This document shows positions 1-12,733 of a stretch of DNA of 64,000 nt, piece by piece (position 1 is the stretch's first letter; each line of letters begins with the position of its first letter). This DNA comes from a phage. The stretch lies in sequence record PZ452591.1; one strand, written 5' to 3'. A program made the position numbers and the translations under genes. Below the pieces are notes generated by a model. The model saw only the letters and a list, made by a program, of their open reading frames with translations. It was not told the origin of the DNA and made no database searches.

Positions 1-38
1 ATTAGAAACATATTTACGTTCAAAGTTAATGTAGTTCA
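1..38 (-). CDS. 5' end of a minus-strand ORF running off the left edge of the window (MNYINFERKYVSN...)
   Basis: ATG at 36-38 (minus) preceded by GGAG Shine-Dalgarno; only 13 codons visible. Confidence 0.3.
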
Positions 39-75
39 TTTTATTCTCCAAGATGTTTAATTTCGGTACAGGTAT

Positions 76-104
76 ATAATATCATGTCCTGTACCAAAGT
101 AAAC
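76..104 (-). promoter_or_regulatory. sigma70-type early promoter (-35 GTTTAC, 17-bp spacer, -10 TATTAT) inside an inverted repeat
   Basis: minus strand reads GTTTAC-17nt-TATTAT; GGTACAGG/CCTGTACC inverted repeat flanks the -10. Confidence 0.4.
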
Positions 105-106
105 AA

Positions 107-439
107 TTATTTTACTACTTTCCAATGCTGCATGTCAAGTTTACCAACTTTTTTCATCTTCTCAATTAAGCGTTCAGCACGTTGGCGAGCTGTAACATAA
201 TGCCATTCGCCTAATTCATTTTGTTCAATTTTTCCAACGATTACTGTATTCAATTCATAAATCCAACCAGTAAAGAAATTATGAACTTGAACTGTAAAGG
301 TGAAATCTGTTCCCATACCTTCTGTTGTTTCTACTTCAATAATATCACCTTCAACTGCCATTAAGAACCACATAGTTTCATTATATTTACCATTGAAGCA
401 TTTAGTTTTAACTGTAGCGTTCAGATTAATCGTTTTCAT
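107..439 (-). CDS. hypothetical protein, 110 aa (gene 30.x-like early ORF)
   Basis: ORF track; ATG at 437-439 with AGGAG Shine-Dalgarno upstream. Confidence 0.6.
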   Translation of the reverse strand: MKTINLNATVKTKCFNGKYNETMWFLMAVEGDIIEVETTEGMGTDFTFTVQVHNFFTGWIYELNTVIVGKIEQNELGEWHYVTARQRAERLIEKMKKVGKLDMQHWKVVK

Positions 440-521
440 TTTATTCTCCTTTGTTTGTGTAAGATAATACTATCACAAAGGAACCGTTACTGTAAACAAC
501 TTTGTGCAATCTTTGGAAAAT

Positions 522-545
522 AAAAAAGGACTCCCGAAGGAGTCC
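522..545 (-). terminator. intrinsic terminator hairpin GGACUCC-UUCG-GGAGUCC followed by U-run
   Basis: perfect 7-bp stem with UUCG tetraloop on minus strand, A6 run on plus side; same hairpin recurs at 53572-53589. Confidence 0.6.
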
Positions 546-550
546 TCAAC

Positions 551-727
551 TTATGCTTTCTGCTTACCAAAACGAGAAGCATCATCTCGAAGAACCGCAC
601 GTGCTCGGCGCATGATCTTCTCAACAGTTTGATTGATACGAGAGTTCGACCCACGCTTGTAACCAGCGCGTTTAGAATCACCAACTTTCTTTTCAACTGC
701 TTTCTTTGCTTTAGCTTGTTTTGCCAT
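551..727 (-). CDS. small basic protein, 58 aa (MAKQAKAKKAVEKK...)
   Basis: in-frame ATG at 725-727 inside the longer track ORF 551-769; Lys/Arg-rich; terminator directly downstream. Confidence 0.45.
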   Translation of the reverse strand: MAKQAKAKKAVEKKVGDSKRAGYKRGSNSRINQTVEKIMRRARAVLRDDASRFGKQKA

Positions 728-1014
728 TATAAATTCTCTTTTAAATGAAAATGCAGGACTTATTGGCATTGCCTGCGAAAGCCCTCAAGGGGAACATAGG
801 TTTTGAATATTTACCGACAGGATAACCATAAACCTCGTCATCATACCACCAAGACTTACACAGATAACACTTTTCTGACGCATGATAGTAACATTCAAGA
901 GGTACACCGTAAAACTGTCGGGGTCTTAAAACTATAATGATTCGCAAATCATTAATCAGACAGTTCGACGGCTCCTCGATTTAGCTCACACTAAGGCAGT
1001 GAATCTCCAATAAA

Positions 1015-1263
1015 TTACTTCAATGTTACCACAAAGTGACGAACTGCTTTTCGTGCAGCAGAAGCCAGAGGCTTAGCATACTTAAGTTCATCTTTTTCCT
1101 GAAGCTCAGCAGCTAATGCAGTTTGAGCAGGATTCAGATGTTTGAAATAACGCAGGATTTCAAGAGCTTCGGCTTCAACATCAATAGATGCGCCATAGTT
1201 TTCGTGACCATTATTCCATGCGTTTCGTTGCAGTTCAAGAGCGTGTTGTAATTGTTTAATCAT
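1015..1263 (-). CDS. rIII: rIII lysis-inhibition accessory protein, 82 aa
   Basis: ATG at 1261-1263; length and sequence match my recollection of T4 rIII; conserved position beside gene 31. Confidence 0.85.
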   Translation of the reverse strand: MIKQLQHALELQRNAWNNGHENYGASIDVEAEALEILRYFKHLNPAQTALAAELQEKDELKYAKPLASAARKAVRHFVVTLK

Positions 1264-1402
1264 TTAAAAATTCTCGTTAGAGATTAAAACTCGGTAGTCA
1301 CGTTCTTCTGAATTTCATCTTCTTTCGACAGATCTCTCAGTTGTAGACTACCACATAGAATTGTTCGGTTAACTTATTATTCCGACACCCAATTCATATT
1401 AT

Positions 1403-1410
1403 TATTTATA
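1403..1410 (-). promoter_or_regulatory. late promoter box TATAAATA (minus strand)
   Basis: exact TATAAATA octamer on minus strand about 140 nt upstream of rIII. Confidence 0.4.
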
Positions 1411-1746
1411 TCACTTATAAAGACACGGAATAGCTTTATAGTGACAAGTAACGAATTTTTGTTTAATTTCTTTTGGCTGCTTAAGACCCAGAGCTACAAA
1501 AGGATGCGGAACATTTCGAATTTGACCAACTGGAAGAGAAGTCAAATCACCAACTTCGCAGAAACCTTCAGGAACATCAGGACCGACAGAGTGAACTACA
1601 CACAGTTCAGGAACTTCACCTTGAACACGTTTACCGATAATAAGTCCTGATTCTGTAACTTCTTCATCACCGGCTTGTGCAGGTTCAGAAACTAAAATAA
1701 CATATTCACCGACAGCACGAATTGGTAGCTGTTGTACTTCAGACAT
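1411..1746 (-). CDS. 31: gp31 co-chaperonin (GroES-like), 111 aa
   Basis: ATG at 1744-1746; [19 protein letters not shown]... matches recalled T4 gp31. Confidence 0.9.
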
Positions 1747-1802
1747 CGTTTTTCCTTTCTGTTAACAGATGAATTAATAATAACAAATAATTCTTAAAGC
1801 AT

Positions 1803-2111
1803 TTATTTACCAATAAATTGGAGCAAATGCTCAACTTTCATACCATTAACGGAAATCAATTTGTCAATAGAAAAACCTCGCCACGCACCAAGTTCAACAT
1901 CAAATACTGGAATCATGTCAGTAGATTCTTTCCTAGTAGATTCCGTCAATTTACCAGTTTGCATGGTTGGCATAAAGTCTGCATCACGAGTACCTTTCAT
2001 AACACGAATAGTACCATCAGACTTTTCAAAAACTACGTTTGAAACACCCATGGACAATTTAGTTTTCAAAATTTCACGAATTGCTACTTTTTGTTCAGTC
2101 GTCAGTTTCAT
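1803..2111 (-). CDS. hypothetical protein, 102 aa (31.1 position)
   Basis: ORF track; ATG at 2109-2111. Confidence 0.6.
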   Translation of the reverse strand: MKLTTEQKVAIREILKTKLSMGVSNVVFEKSDGTIRVMKGTRDADFMPTMQTGKLTESTRKESTDMIPVFDVELGAWRGFSIDKLISVNGMKVEHLLQFIGK

Positions 2112-2348
2112 TTATTTACCTATTACAGTTTTAATATGAGTTGTTCCACGTTCTTTAAGAGTGGAAAGTAATTTTTGGCATTTTTCTAAATCAGATTTCC
2201 AACTATATGGTCTATCATTACAAACCCAATTTGTCTTATAATACTGTTTCCATTTAGAGAAAAAATATTTCTTATACTCTACAGCAAATGAGATGTTCTC
2301 GTTAGAATAAGAACTAATTGCTGTGAGCTTTACCAAACGAAATTTCAT
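2112..2348 (-). CDS. hypothetical protein, 78 aa (31.2 position)
   Basis: ATG at 2346-2348 overlapping cd stop codon. Confidence 0.55.
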   Translation of the reverse strand: MKFRLVKLTAISSYSNENISFAVEYKKYFFSKWKQYYKTNWVCNDRPYSWKSDLEKCQKLLSTLKERGTTHIKTVIGK

Positions 2349-2929
2349 TATTCACCACAGAATTCGTTGATATTTTCCCAGTTTAACTTATTCAAGTTTT
2401 TCTTAGGAACATTAAACACTTCAATACCTGCATTTCGCAGAATATCATCCCAGCCAGGTTTATTTTTATCGTATGTTTCGCAATAAACCAGCTTTTTAAT
2501 TCCAGATTGAGCTATCGCTTTTGCGCAATCTGGACATGGAGAAAGTGTTACATACATAGTAGCACCTTCAATAGAAGAACCATTTCGTGCAGCAAACAAA
2601 ATTGCATTTAGTTCAGCATGAATTTCATTTTTAGATGACCATTCCGAGTGAGCACTACGATGTTCTTTCGCCAAGACAAAACGATCAGTTGAACCAAATG
2701 ATACGCATTCAGGCTTATGACCTTGAATGATAGTATGTTTAGGCTTATTCAACAACCAACCTTGCTCAGCAGCATAATCACAACAGTTCACACCCCCTGC
2801 AGGTGAACCATTATACCCAGTAGAAATAATACGTCCATTCTTTTCAATTACTGCTCCTACCTTCCAGGAGCAACATTTTGATTCCTGCGATACTAAATAT
2901 GCAATTTGAAGTACTGTACTCGCTTTCAT
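2348..2929 (-). CDS. cd: dCMP deaminase, 193 aa
   Basis: ATG at 2927-2929; zinc-binding HAE...PCxxC deaminase motifs; matches recalled T4 Cd length. Confidence 0.9.
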   Translation of the reverse strand: MKASTVLQIAYLVSQESKCCSWKVGAVIEKNGRIISTGYNGSPAGGVNCCDYAAEQGWLLNKPKHTIIQGHKPECVSFGSTDRFVLAKEHRSAHSEWSSKNEIHAELNAILFAARNGSSIEGATMYVTLSPCPDCAKAIAQSGIKKLVYCETYDKNKPGWDDILRNAGIEVFNVPKKNLNKLNWENINEFCGE

Positions 2930-3264
2930 TTCATAATCACCAGATAAGCAGATTTAGCAGTTTCAACCCGATAAATTTCGTGACGAAGTTTAGTTATACT
3001 TTTAATAACAGAACTAATTATATTCTGCCCATCTTTAAAGCGGTTTTTCTTATCAATAAAAACGGCGCCAGTCATCTTTTTGTGAAGCTCAACCGGATAC
3101 TTCGTCACAATAATAGCATCATACACAGAAGGATGAATACTATTCACCAGAGTATCATTCATTAAAGTTATTCTAATGAACTTTGCTGTTTCAGAGTCAA
3201 GCGCTCTATGATCGCCAGTATCATTTTCAAGACAATTATCAATTATATCAGTTAAATTCATCAT
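2926..3264 (-). CDS. hypothetical protein, 112 aa (cd.1 position)
   Basis: ORF track; tandem ATG ATG at 3259-3264; 4-nt overlap with cd. Confidence 0.55.
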   Translation of the reverse strand: MMNLTDIIDNCLENDTGDHRALDSETAKFIRITLMNDTLVNSIHPSVYDAIIVTKYPVELHKKMTGAVFIDKKNRFKDGQNIISSVIKSITKLRHEIYRVETAKSAYLVIMK

Positions 3265-3500
3265 AGTACGCCATACACCCTTTGTGCTTCAACTAATCCA
3301 TCAAAATCCAGTTTAAGATGCGATATTTGATCGCCATCACCTGGATTCACAATTACTAATACTGAACGAGGAGTTTCGGTAATAACACGAACCGATGTTT
3401 CAGGAAATCGTTCAGAAACCTTATTTACTAATTCCTGTGCAAATAGTTTAACTTTTTCTTGGAATTCTTTAACAGTAATTGGTTTTTCACTTAGCAGCAT
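3261..3500 (-). CDS. hypothetical protein, 79 aa
   Basis: ORF track; ATG at 3498-3500. Confidence 0.55.
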   Translation of the reverse strand: MLLSEKPITVKEFQEKVKLFAQELVNKVSERFPETSVRVITETPRSVLVIVNPGDGDQISHLKLDFDGLVEAQRVYGVL

Positions 3501-4021
3501 GTTGATCCCAGCTCCTTACTTTCAACGTTTTTAACTAATTTGACAGAAACTAATTCAGCATCTTGAGTAATCATTACCGGACCTTCTTCATACTCTTCAA
3601 GATATTCTAGAGCTTTCTTTTTAGCTTCTTCCTTCGTATCAGTTTGAGCATAGATATAAAACATACAACCAGTAATACCTACTACTTTCCACTTAATTTC
3701 TTTATCAGTTTTAATTTCAAATTTACTGACAGAATCATCTTTTTGAACTTCTTCGAAAAAAGAATATTCTAACATATAAGCAATTGAAAATAACGGGCTA
3801 TCTTTATAGCATTCACCCATTACATCAACAGCTTTATACCAGCAGTCATCAATTTCGCGTTTAATGCTAATAACATTTTTCGCAAGATCTATTTTTACTT
3901 TAAATGAATTTTCCCCAATAAACTGGGCAATTCGTTTATTAGCCCCGCAAGTTTCATTAAAAATATCTTTATACCCAGTTTTAAAGCGATAAACCTTATC
4001 TTCTTCAAACCATTCGCTCAT
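3491..4021 (-). CDS. hypothetical protein, 176 aa
   Basis: ORF track; ATG at 4019-4021. Confidence 0.6.
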   Translation of the reverse strand: MSEWFEEDKVYRFKTGYKDIFNETCGANKRIAQFIGENSFKVKIDLAKNVISIKREIDDCWYKAVDVMGECYKDSPLFSIAYMLEYSFFEEVQKDDSVSKFEIKTDKEIKWKVVGITGCMFYIYAQTDTKEEAKKKALEYLEEYEEGPVMITQDAELVSVKLVKNVESKELGSTCC

Positions 4022-4083
4022 TTCAATTTCCTCATTTGTTTTGGTAGAGCTATAATATCACAACTCTACCGTAAAGTAAACCA

Positions 4084-4359
4084 TTAAATCGCTTTGAATT
4101 CCGCAGTTTGAGATTCAAAGCGAATGTCGCCTTTGATAGCTAGCTCAGCATCAAGACCGAATACAACAATGATATGCGCGGAACCTGGATACAACGTAAT
4201 GGCAATAGAATCCACCTGGTCTGGAAGCAAAGTGTTCAATACATGAGTCACTTGAGCGTGGATTCGAAGCTCAGCTGCGTTATCAAGTTTTTCAAACATA
4301 TTATTAGCGATAATTTGGCTAAACACTACTTCTACGATTTTAGAGTAAGTCGGAAACAT
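4084..4359 (-). CDS. hypothetical protein, about 91 aa
   Basis: track ORF starts at TTG 4389; first in-frame ATG at 4357-4359, adjacent to upstream gene stop. Confidence 0.5.
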   Translation of the reverse strand: MFPTYSKIVEVVFSQIIANNMFEKLDNAAELRIHAQVTHVLNTLLPDQVDSIAITLYPGSAHIIVVFGLDAELAIKGDIRFESQTAEFKAI

Positions 4360-4361
4360 AT

Positions 4362-4562
4362 TTACCTCGCATAATTTTCTTCGAGCCAATCAATAACATC
4401 CAAAGCGTTATCAAAAGTTGCGCCATCTACTTTGTCTTCTGTTTCATAATCAAGAACATCTAGGCCTACTCTTCCGTCAACAATAGGCCATAGACAAAAT
4501 AGATATTTCTTTTCTTTTTCAATTTTATCACAAAGACGATAAATCTTTTCTAGGTTATTCAT
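4362..4562 (-). CDS. hypothetical protein, 66 aa
   Basis: ORF track; ATG at 4560-4562. Confidence 0.5.
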   Translation of the reverse strand: MNNLEKIYRLCDKIEKEKKYLFCLWPIVDGRVGLDVLDYETEDKVDGATFDNALDVIDWLEENYAR

Positions 4563-4751
4563 ACGTTTTCCATGGTAAAGGCAGTTTAGTTTTCTTTACT
4601 ACTAGTTCAACATCAGGATTCTTTTCTCTTAATTTAAGGCATTCCTCCCATGCTCTATTTTCACTAGTAAATACACAAAATTGCCCATTACTAGTACCAA
4701 CTAAACCGCTATTTACAATAACAATAGCCCAAGTTTCATGGTGCCAAGCCA

Positions 4752-4752
<1 letters not shown>
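4555..4752 (-). CDS. hypothetical protein, about 65 aa
   Basis: in-frame ATG at 4750-4752 overlapping pseT stop by 1 nt; track ORF extends 31 nt further into pseT. Confidence 0.45.
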
Positions 4753-5657
<905 letters not shown>

Positions 5658-5885
5658 TTATTTTTTCTCAACCAGTGATTGAATATAATCATGCAGGTCT
5701 TTAGATGCTTTGCCCCACTTATTTTGATATTCATTTTTGAGATTAGCACGTGATTGAGCTAATAAAACATCATTAGTTGGAGGTAAAGATTCTAACCGCT
5801 GAATCTGGCGTCCATAAATCATTGCAGCCATCTCGGATTCATAAATCAATCCTTTGAGATGTTCAAATTGATGCCATGAAATCAT
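5658..5885 (-). CDS. hypothetical protein, 75 aa
   Basis: ORF track; ATG at 5883-5885. Confidence 0.55.
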   Translation of the reverse strand: MISWHQFEHLKGLIYESEMAAMIYGRQIQRLESLPPTNDVLLAQSRANLKNEYQNKWGKASKDLHDYIQSLVEKK

Positions 5886-6181
5886 TTACATTTATCCTCT
5901 TTTAACTCTTGACGATAATAGCATATCATAGTTTTCTGGTCATGTACATATCGTTTTACATCATTAAGCCAAATACGAAATTCCTGAGAATCTTCAAATG
6001 GCATACCGACCCAAGCTTTACCATCGATAACTTTAACTTGCCAAGATAGTTTAGCTTCGTCATATGACTTTATCTGTACAGGCCAATTAGGATGAACTGT
6101 TTCTTTCTTTACTTCTAGAGGCTTTGTCGAACAACCAACTAGAAGACCAATAGATAATATTACTGCTGATAGTTTAATCAT
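5882..6181 (-). CDS. putative lipoprotein, 99 aa
   Basis: signal peptide ending in lipobox LVGC (MIKLSAVILSIGLLVGCS...). Confidence 0.55.
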   Translation of the reverse strand: MIKLSAVILSIGLLVGCSTKPLEVKKETVHPNWPVQIKSYDEAKLSWQVKVIDGKAWVGMPFEDSQEFRIWLNDVKRYVHDQKTMICYYRQELKEDKCK

Positions 6182-6531
6182 TTAGAAAGGTCCTGGATGT
6201 CTTCTGCGAACTTGTTGAAGGAGTTGTTGATTTGTTTTTCAACCAATCCTGGCTTATGAGCCACCACATCCGCCTTCTTTGCGTCTTTGCGCAGTTTTTC
6301 ATTTTCACGCTCAATAGCAGCAATTGCCTCACGATTTTTATTATTCATCGCATCAATATAATTATACTGAATTCGCAAATTATTTAATGCTAAAGCGTTT
6401 TCATTGGCTGTTTTTGTAATTTCAGTAACTGATGTTTCTAATCTTTCTACCTTATTTTTTAAAATAATAGATGTTCCGCCAAATGCTATTACAAGTAATA
6501 GCAATCCAGCTGTAAAATTACTTACATGCAT
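6178..6531 (-). CDS. membrane-anchored coiled-coil protein, 117 aa
   Basis: N-terminal hydrophobic helix then charged, coiled-coil-like region; ATG at 6529-6531. Confidence 0.55.
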   Translation of the reverse strand: MHVSNFTAGLLLLVIAFGGTSIILKNKVERLETSVTEITKTANENALALNNLRIQYNYIDAMNNKNREAIAAIERENEKLRKDAKKADVVAHKPGLVEKQINNSFNKFAEDIQDLSK

Positions 6532-7028
6532 AAAGTTTTAATAACCTCTATAATATCGTCTTGAGAAAGACCGTTAATTAAAATATGATGTTCAGCTGGA
6601 GATTTAGAAATTTTAAAGCATGCCTCAACATCTTCTGCCATATCCGATGCACTACGATTTGGATTACTAATTCCAAGACGATGTTTTCCCGTTAAAGGAT
6701 TAACAATGATATAGCATTTGCAGCTATTGATATGAACATTGGGTTGAGTCTGATTAATGAACACTTCACAATCATACTTAGCGAGTTGATTTTCTAAAAA
6801 GACTTTCATCTCTTCAACCGCATCAGGAAGCATATCACGGGCTTGCTCAAGACGACGATTTCGATATTCTTTAATGGTCGTTTTCCGCTTGACTTGCTTA
6901 GCTAAATCTTTCTTAAGATCGGTGATATATCCAACTCGACGATTTCCTTTGAATACAGAAATCCCATCTGTAGTATCACCGTATGCTTCAACGACCATTT
7001 CAATAGTAATAAGCTGCAAATCCATCAT
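6522..7028 (-). CDS. alc: Alc, inhibitor of host transcription on cytosine DNA, 168 aa
   Basis: size and position between pseT.x ORFs and rnlA match T4; sequence recognised from memory only. Confidence 0.7.
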   Translation of the reverse strand: MMDLQLITIEMVVEAYGDTTDGISVFKGNRRVGYITDLKKDLAKQVKRKTTIKEYRNRRLEQARDMLPDAVEEMKVFLENQLAKYDCEVFINQTQPNVHINSCKCYIIVNPLTGKHRLGISNPNRSASDMAEDVEACFKISKSPAEHHILINGLSQDDIIEVIKTLCM

Positions 7029-7089
7029 AAAGTCCTCATGTTATGCCAGTAAGACTACTGTAACACAACACGAGGGACTTGTAAACAGC

Positions 7090-8677
<1,588 letters not shown>

Positions 8678-8684
8678 AATAAAA

Positions 8685-8700
8685 TGGGCCTTGCGGCCCA
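8685..8700 (-). terminator. GC-rich hairpin GGGCC-GCAA-GGCCC between nrdB and denA
   Basis: stem-loop on minus strand followed by U-rich run that leads directly into the denA ATG. Confidence 0.45.
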
Positions 8701-8704
8701 CTCC

Positions 8705-9883
8705 TTAAAAGTATTTTTTAAAACTCATCATAACTTTATCATCAACATCATTATCAATCTGTGCAACAAGGTAGGATGACAGTTCTACTTCTTGTGGTGC
8801 GGATTGAACATTATCAGAATTAAGATATTCACGAATCCAAGGATATGGATGTTTAACCGGAGCATCGGTAATTGGGCATGGAAGACCACACTGTTTCATA
8901 CGAGATACAGTTAAGTAATCAATAAAGCTCCACATGCTATTTGTATTTAATCCAGGAACATCGCCATCTTTAAATAAATGAACTGCCCAATCTTTTTCTT
9001 GGCGATTAACTTCCATGAAAATATCAACTGCTTCTTGTTCACACTCTTGAGCAATTTTAACCCATTCATCGCCATCAGTGCCAAGTTGAAGTTGACGAAT
9101 AATATATTGAGTGCCTTTAAGATGAAGCTGCTCATCACGAGCAATGAACTTCATAATCTTGGCATTACCTTCCATGATTTCCATGTTCTTATGGAAGTTA
9201 AAGGTACATGCAAAAGATACATAAAAACGAATAGCTTCTAAGGCATTAATAACGTGCAAACAGAGGTAAAGAGACTTCATTAAAGCACGTTTAGCTTCGG
9301 CTTCTTGTTTAATAGCTCGGTTTAAACGAAAGTCGGCATCAGGAGATTCTTTAGCTAGTTCTACAAATTCTTTAGCATTTTCCCATTCACGGGTTTTAGT
9401 CAGAACATCATCATAATAACGTCCAATTGATTCAGCACGTTTCATAATAGCTTCATCTAATACAATCTCATCAAATACCTTCGATGGATCAGTATAAAGA
9501 TTTCGCATGATATGAGTATATGAACGACTGTGAATAGTTTCACTAAAAGTCCATGTAGCAACCCATGTATCAAGACTTGGGTCTGAAATTAATGACATAA
9601 GTACAGCAGATGGCGCACGACCCTGAATGCTATCCAAAAGTGATTGATACTTCAGGTTGTTAGTAAAAATATTTTGCTGATATTGAGGAAGCTTATTAAA
9701 CTGTGCAGCATCCATCATTAAGTTTACTTCTTCGGGACGCCAGAAAAATGATAAGGACTTCTCTGTAAGTTCTTCAAATACTCGATGCCGTTGAATATCA
9801 TAACGCGCAATACCAAGACCTGAACCAAAAAACATAGGTTCTTTTAAAACATCAACTGGATTTGTATTAAAAACTGTGCTCAT
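8705..9883 (-). CDS. nrdB: ribonucleotide reductase small subunit, 392 aa, uninterrupted
   Basis: ATG at 9881-9883; single continuous ORF with no intron. Confidence 0.92.
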   Translation of the reverse strand: MSTVFNTNPVDVLKEPMFFGSGLGIARYDIQRHRVFEELTEKSLSFFWRPEEVNLMMDAAQFNKLPQYQQNIFTNNLKYQSLLDSIQGRAPSAVLMSLISDPSLDTWVATWTFSETIHSRSYTHIMRNLYTDPSKVFDEIVLDEAIMKRAESIGRYYDDVLTKTREWENAKEFVELAKESPDADFRLNRAIKQEAEAKRALMKSLYLCLHVINALEAIRFYVSFACTFNFHKNMEIMEGNAKIMKFIARDEQLHLKGTQYIIRQLQLGTDGDEWVKIAQECEQEAVDIFMEVNRQEKDWAVHLFKDGDVPGLNTNSMWSFIDYLTVSRMKQCGLPCPITDAPVKHPYPWIREYLNSDNVQSAPQEVELSSYLVAQIDNDVDDKVMMSFKKYF

Positions 9884-9934
9884 AAATTTTCCGCTTAGTT
9901 AATAGTTGGTGACTCGTCCGTGAGTCAAATTATA

Positions 9935-12199
9935 TCATAATTTACAGGATGAACAATCTTCAGCTTTTGGAGTTTCTATTTCATAATCATCAGTACCAGA
10001 ACCATCACGGGTATTATGATAATAGAAATTTTTAATGCCATAATACCATCCGTATAGCATGTCATCAATCATTATTGACATTGGAACCTTTCCTTTTGGA
10101 AAAATCTGCGGGTCATAGTATGTATTCGCTGAAGCTGATTGACATACCCATTTCAGCATAATAGCTACCTGTGTAAGATAAGGTTTATTACCTTTCTTAG
10201 CTAATTTCCATGTATAATCATAGAGGTCTATGTTATGCTCAATATTGGGCACGACTTGATTAAAGGAGCCCTCTTTTGATTCTTTAACAGAGACTGGTCC
10301 ACGTGGAGGCTCGATACCGTTTGTACTGTTAGAAACTTGGGAAGATGACTCACATGGCATAAGTGCTGATAATGTGCTATTACGGATGCCAAAGAGCTTA
10401 AGGTCTTCCCGCAGCGACGACCAGTCACAAACGTATTTTGGAGCTGCGATTTGGTCAATCTTTTTATTGTACCAGTCGATAGGTAATTCGCCTCGAGACC
10501 AACGAGTGTCTGAATAATATTCGCAAGGTCCTTTTTCTTTGGCGAGCTTAATGGATGCTTTAATGAGTCCATACTGTAATCTCTCAAATAGTTCATGTGT
10601 TAAATCGTTAGCATCTTCATAAGAAGCAAAGTTACTTGCCAGCCAAGCTGCATAGTTGGTAACACCTACACCGAGGTTACGACGCTTTTTAGCTTTTTCT
10701 GCTTCAGGAACTGGATATCCTTGGTAATCCAAAAGATTATCAAGAGCACGAACTTGAACTTCTGCCAATTCATTAATTTTATCTTGGTCTTGCCAGTCAA
10801 AATTATCTAGTACGAATGCAGATAACGTGCACAAGCCAATTTCAGCATCGGGGCTATTCACATCATTTGTTGGAATAGCAATTTCACAACATAAGTTACT
10901 CTGACGAATAGGTGCCTTTTCACGAATAAACGGAGTATAGTTATTCGTATTATCAATGAACTGTACATAAATCCTTGCTGTTCCTGAACGTTCAGTCATG
11001 AGCAATTCAAATAGTTCACGGGCTTTAATACGCTTTTTACGAATATTAGGGTCTTTTTCTGCTGCTTCGTATAATTCACGGAAACGGTCTTGGTCTTTAA
11101 AATAAGAATAATAAAGTTCTCCACCCATTTCATGCGGACTGAACAAAGTGATGTAATCGTTCTTTCCGAATCGTTCCATCATCAAATCATTCAGCTGAAC
11201 ACCATAATCCATATGACGAATGCGGTTTTCTTCTACACCTTTGTTATTTTTCAAAACGAGAAGATTTTCAACTTCCAAATGCCAAATAGGATAATAAGCA
11301 GTAGCAGCGCCGCCACGAATTCCACCCTGTGAGCATGATTTAACAGCAGTCTGAAAATGTTTCCAAAAAGGAATAACACCAGTATGGCGTACTTCACCCA
11401 TGCCAATCTTAGAACCTTCGGCGCGAATCATACCAACGTTAATACCAATTCCAGCGCGTTTAGAGATATATTCAACAATTGAAGCAGAAGCCTTATTGAT
11501 AGACTTCAATGAATCTCCTGCCTCAATAACAACACATGAACTAAACTGTCGAGTCGGAGTACGGCAACCAGCCATAATAGGAGTTGGCAGTGAAATCTGT
11601 CGAGTAGATACTGCTTCATAAAAACGAATAACATGTTTTAATCTATCAACAGGTTCATCTTGATGCAATGCCATTCCAATAGTCATAAATGCAAACTGTG
11701 GAGTTTCATAAATTTGACCAGTGGTTTTATCTTTAACTAGATATTTTTCTTTCAATTGCATCGCCCCGGAATAAGTAAATTCCATATCCCGCTCGTGTTT
11801 AATTTTTGATTCTAAAAATGTAATTTCTTCTGCTGAATATTTTGACAATAATTCAGGGTCATATTTACCTTCATTTACACAGTAAGAAATATGGTCAATA
11901 AATGAACGTGGTTCATACTGCCCATAAACATGCTTACGAAGAGCAAACATTAAACAACGTGCAGCTACATATTGATAATCAGGTTCTTCAACCGAAATAG
12001 AATTCGCAGCAGCCTTAATGACAATAGTCTGAATGTCATCAGTTGTCATTCCATCACGGAGATATGATTTAATATTTTCATATAATTCATAAGGATCTAC
12101 TGATGTTCCCTCAGATGCCCAAGATAAAACTTTAATAATTTTTTGTGGGTCAAAGCTCTGAGAAACACCACTACTTTTGATAACATTAATTAATTGCAT
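9935..12199 (-). CDS. nrdA: ribonucleotide reductase large subunit, 754 aa
   Basis: ATG at 12197-12199; [21 protein letters not shown]... matches recalled T4 NrdA. Confidence 0.93.
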   Translation of the reverse strand: MQLINVIKSSGVSQSFDPQKIIKVLSWASEGTSVDPYELYENIKSYLRDGMTTDDIQTIVIKAAANSISVEEPDYQYVAARCLMFALRKHVYGQYEPRSFIDHISYCVNEGKYDPELLSKYSAEEITFLESKIKHERDMEFTYSGAMQLKEKYLVKDKTTGQIYETPQFAFMTIGMALHQDEPVDRLKHVIRFYEAVSTRQISLPTPIMAGCRTPTRQFSSCVVIEAGDSLKSINKASASIVEYISKRAGIGINVGMIRAEGSKIGMGEVRHTGVIPFWKHFQTAVKSCSQGGIRGGAATAYYPIWHLEVENLLVLKNNKGVEENRIRHMDYGVQLNDLMMERFGKNDYITLFSPHEMGGELYYSYFKDQDRFRELYEAAEKDPNIRKKRIKARELFELLMTERSGTARIYVQFIDNTNNYTPFIREKAPIRQSNLCCEIAIPTNDVNSPDAEIGLCTLSAFVLDNFDWQDQDKINELAEVQVRALDNLLDYQGYPVPEAEKAKKRRNLGVGVTNYAAWLASNFASYEDANDLTHELFERLQYGLIKASIKLAKEKGPCEYYSDTRWSRGELPIDWYNKKIDQIAAPKYVCDWSSLREDLKLFGIRNSTLSALMPCESSSQVSNSTNGIEPPRGPVSVKESKEGSFNQVVPNIEHNIDLYDYTWKLAKKGNKPYLTQVAIMLKWVCQSASANTYYDPQIFPKGKVPMSIMIDDMLYGWYYGIKNFYYHNTRDGSGTDDYEIETPKAEDCSSCKL

Positions 12200-12516
12200 A
12201 AGTCCTCAACTTGAAAATCGTCTTTAAACAATCGGTTAACTATATGAGCTATTATATCACCATGACACGGCTTTGGTTTACATGTGCATCCTAGCCTCAT
12301 TCCACGTAAAGGCTCTAAATGTGCTTTAGTTATTTCTCCGGATTTAATTCGACGTATAAAATCTTTTTTGAATAATTCAATGGCAGCCTCCCGGCTGCCA
12401 GCATCTTTACCGACGTAATTTCCCCAAAATGTACCACGGTGAATATTAACATCAAAGTCGGATTTATATTTATTCACTACCCGACATAGACGGCCCGCGC
12501 GGTGATAATTCGGCAT
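12190..12516 (-). CDS. hypothetical protein, 108 aa (nrdA.1 position)
   Basis: ORF track; ATG at 12514-12516. Confidence 0.55.
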   Translation of the reverse strand: MPNYHRAGRLCRVVNKYKSDFDVNIHRGTFWGNYVGKDAGSREAAIELFKKDFIRRIKSGEITKAHLEPLRGMRLGCTCKPKPCHGDIIAHIVNRLFKDDFQVEDLCN

Positions 12517-12733
12517 ATTGTTTTTCCGTTAAAACAGTAATATCGTAGTAACAGTCAGAAGAAGTTTTAACTGTGGAAATTTTATTATCAAAATACTCAC
12601 GAGTCATTTTATGAGTATAATATTTTTTACCATAAATGATAATAGGCTGATTTGGTCCTGGAACTTCTAGCTCACTTGGATTAGGAAGTGTAAAAAGAAC
12701 TACACCAGAAGTATCTTTAAATCGTAAAATCAT
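12470..12733 (-). CDS. hypothetical protein, about 87 aa (nrdA.2 position)
   Basis: in-frame ATG at 12731-12733; track ORF starts at upstream TTG. Confidence 0.5.
   Translation of the reverse strand: MILRFKDTSGVVLFTLPNPSELEVPGPNQPIIIYGKKYYTHKMTREYFDNKISTVKTSSDCYYDITVLTEKQYAELSPRGPSMSGSE

Noticed and set aside
487-947. Track ORFs 487-696 and 741-947 (minus strand)
   Set aside because: 487-696 overlaps the small basic ORF 551-727 in another frame and runs through the terminator hairpin. 741-947 has only a TTG start with no ATG until residue 51 and no Shine-Dalgarno; the interval is more likely the 5' leader or promoter region.
10228-10596. Minus-strand ORF 10228-10596 inside nrdA; also 5147-5362, 8947-9144, 31863-32045, 38177-38395, 52924-53136, 54170-54406, 60718-60918, 62994-63179
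   Set aside because: Alternative-frame ORFs entirely inside larger, well-supported minus-strand genes.
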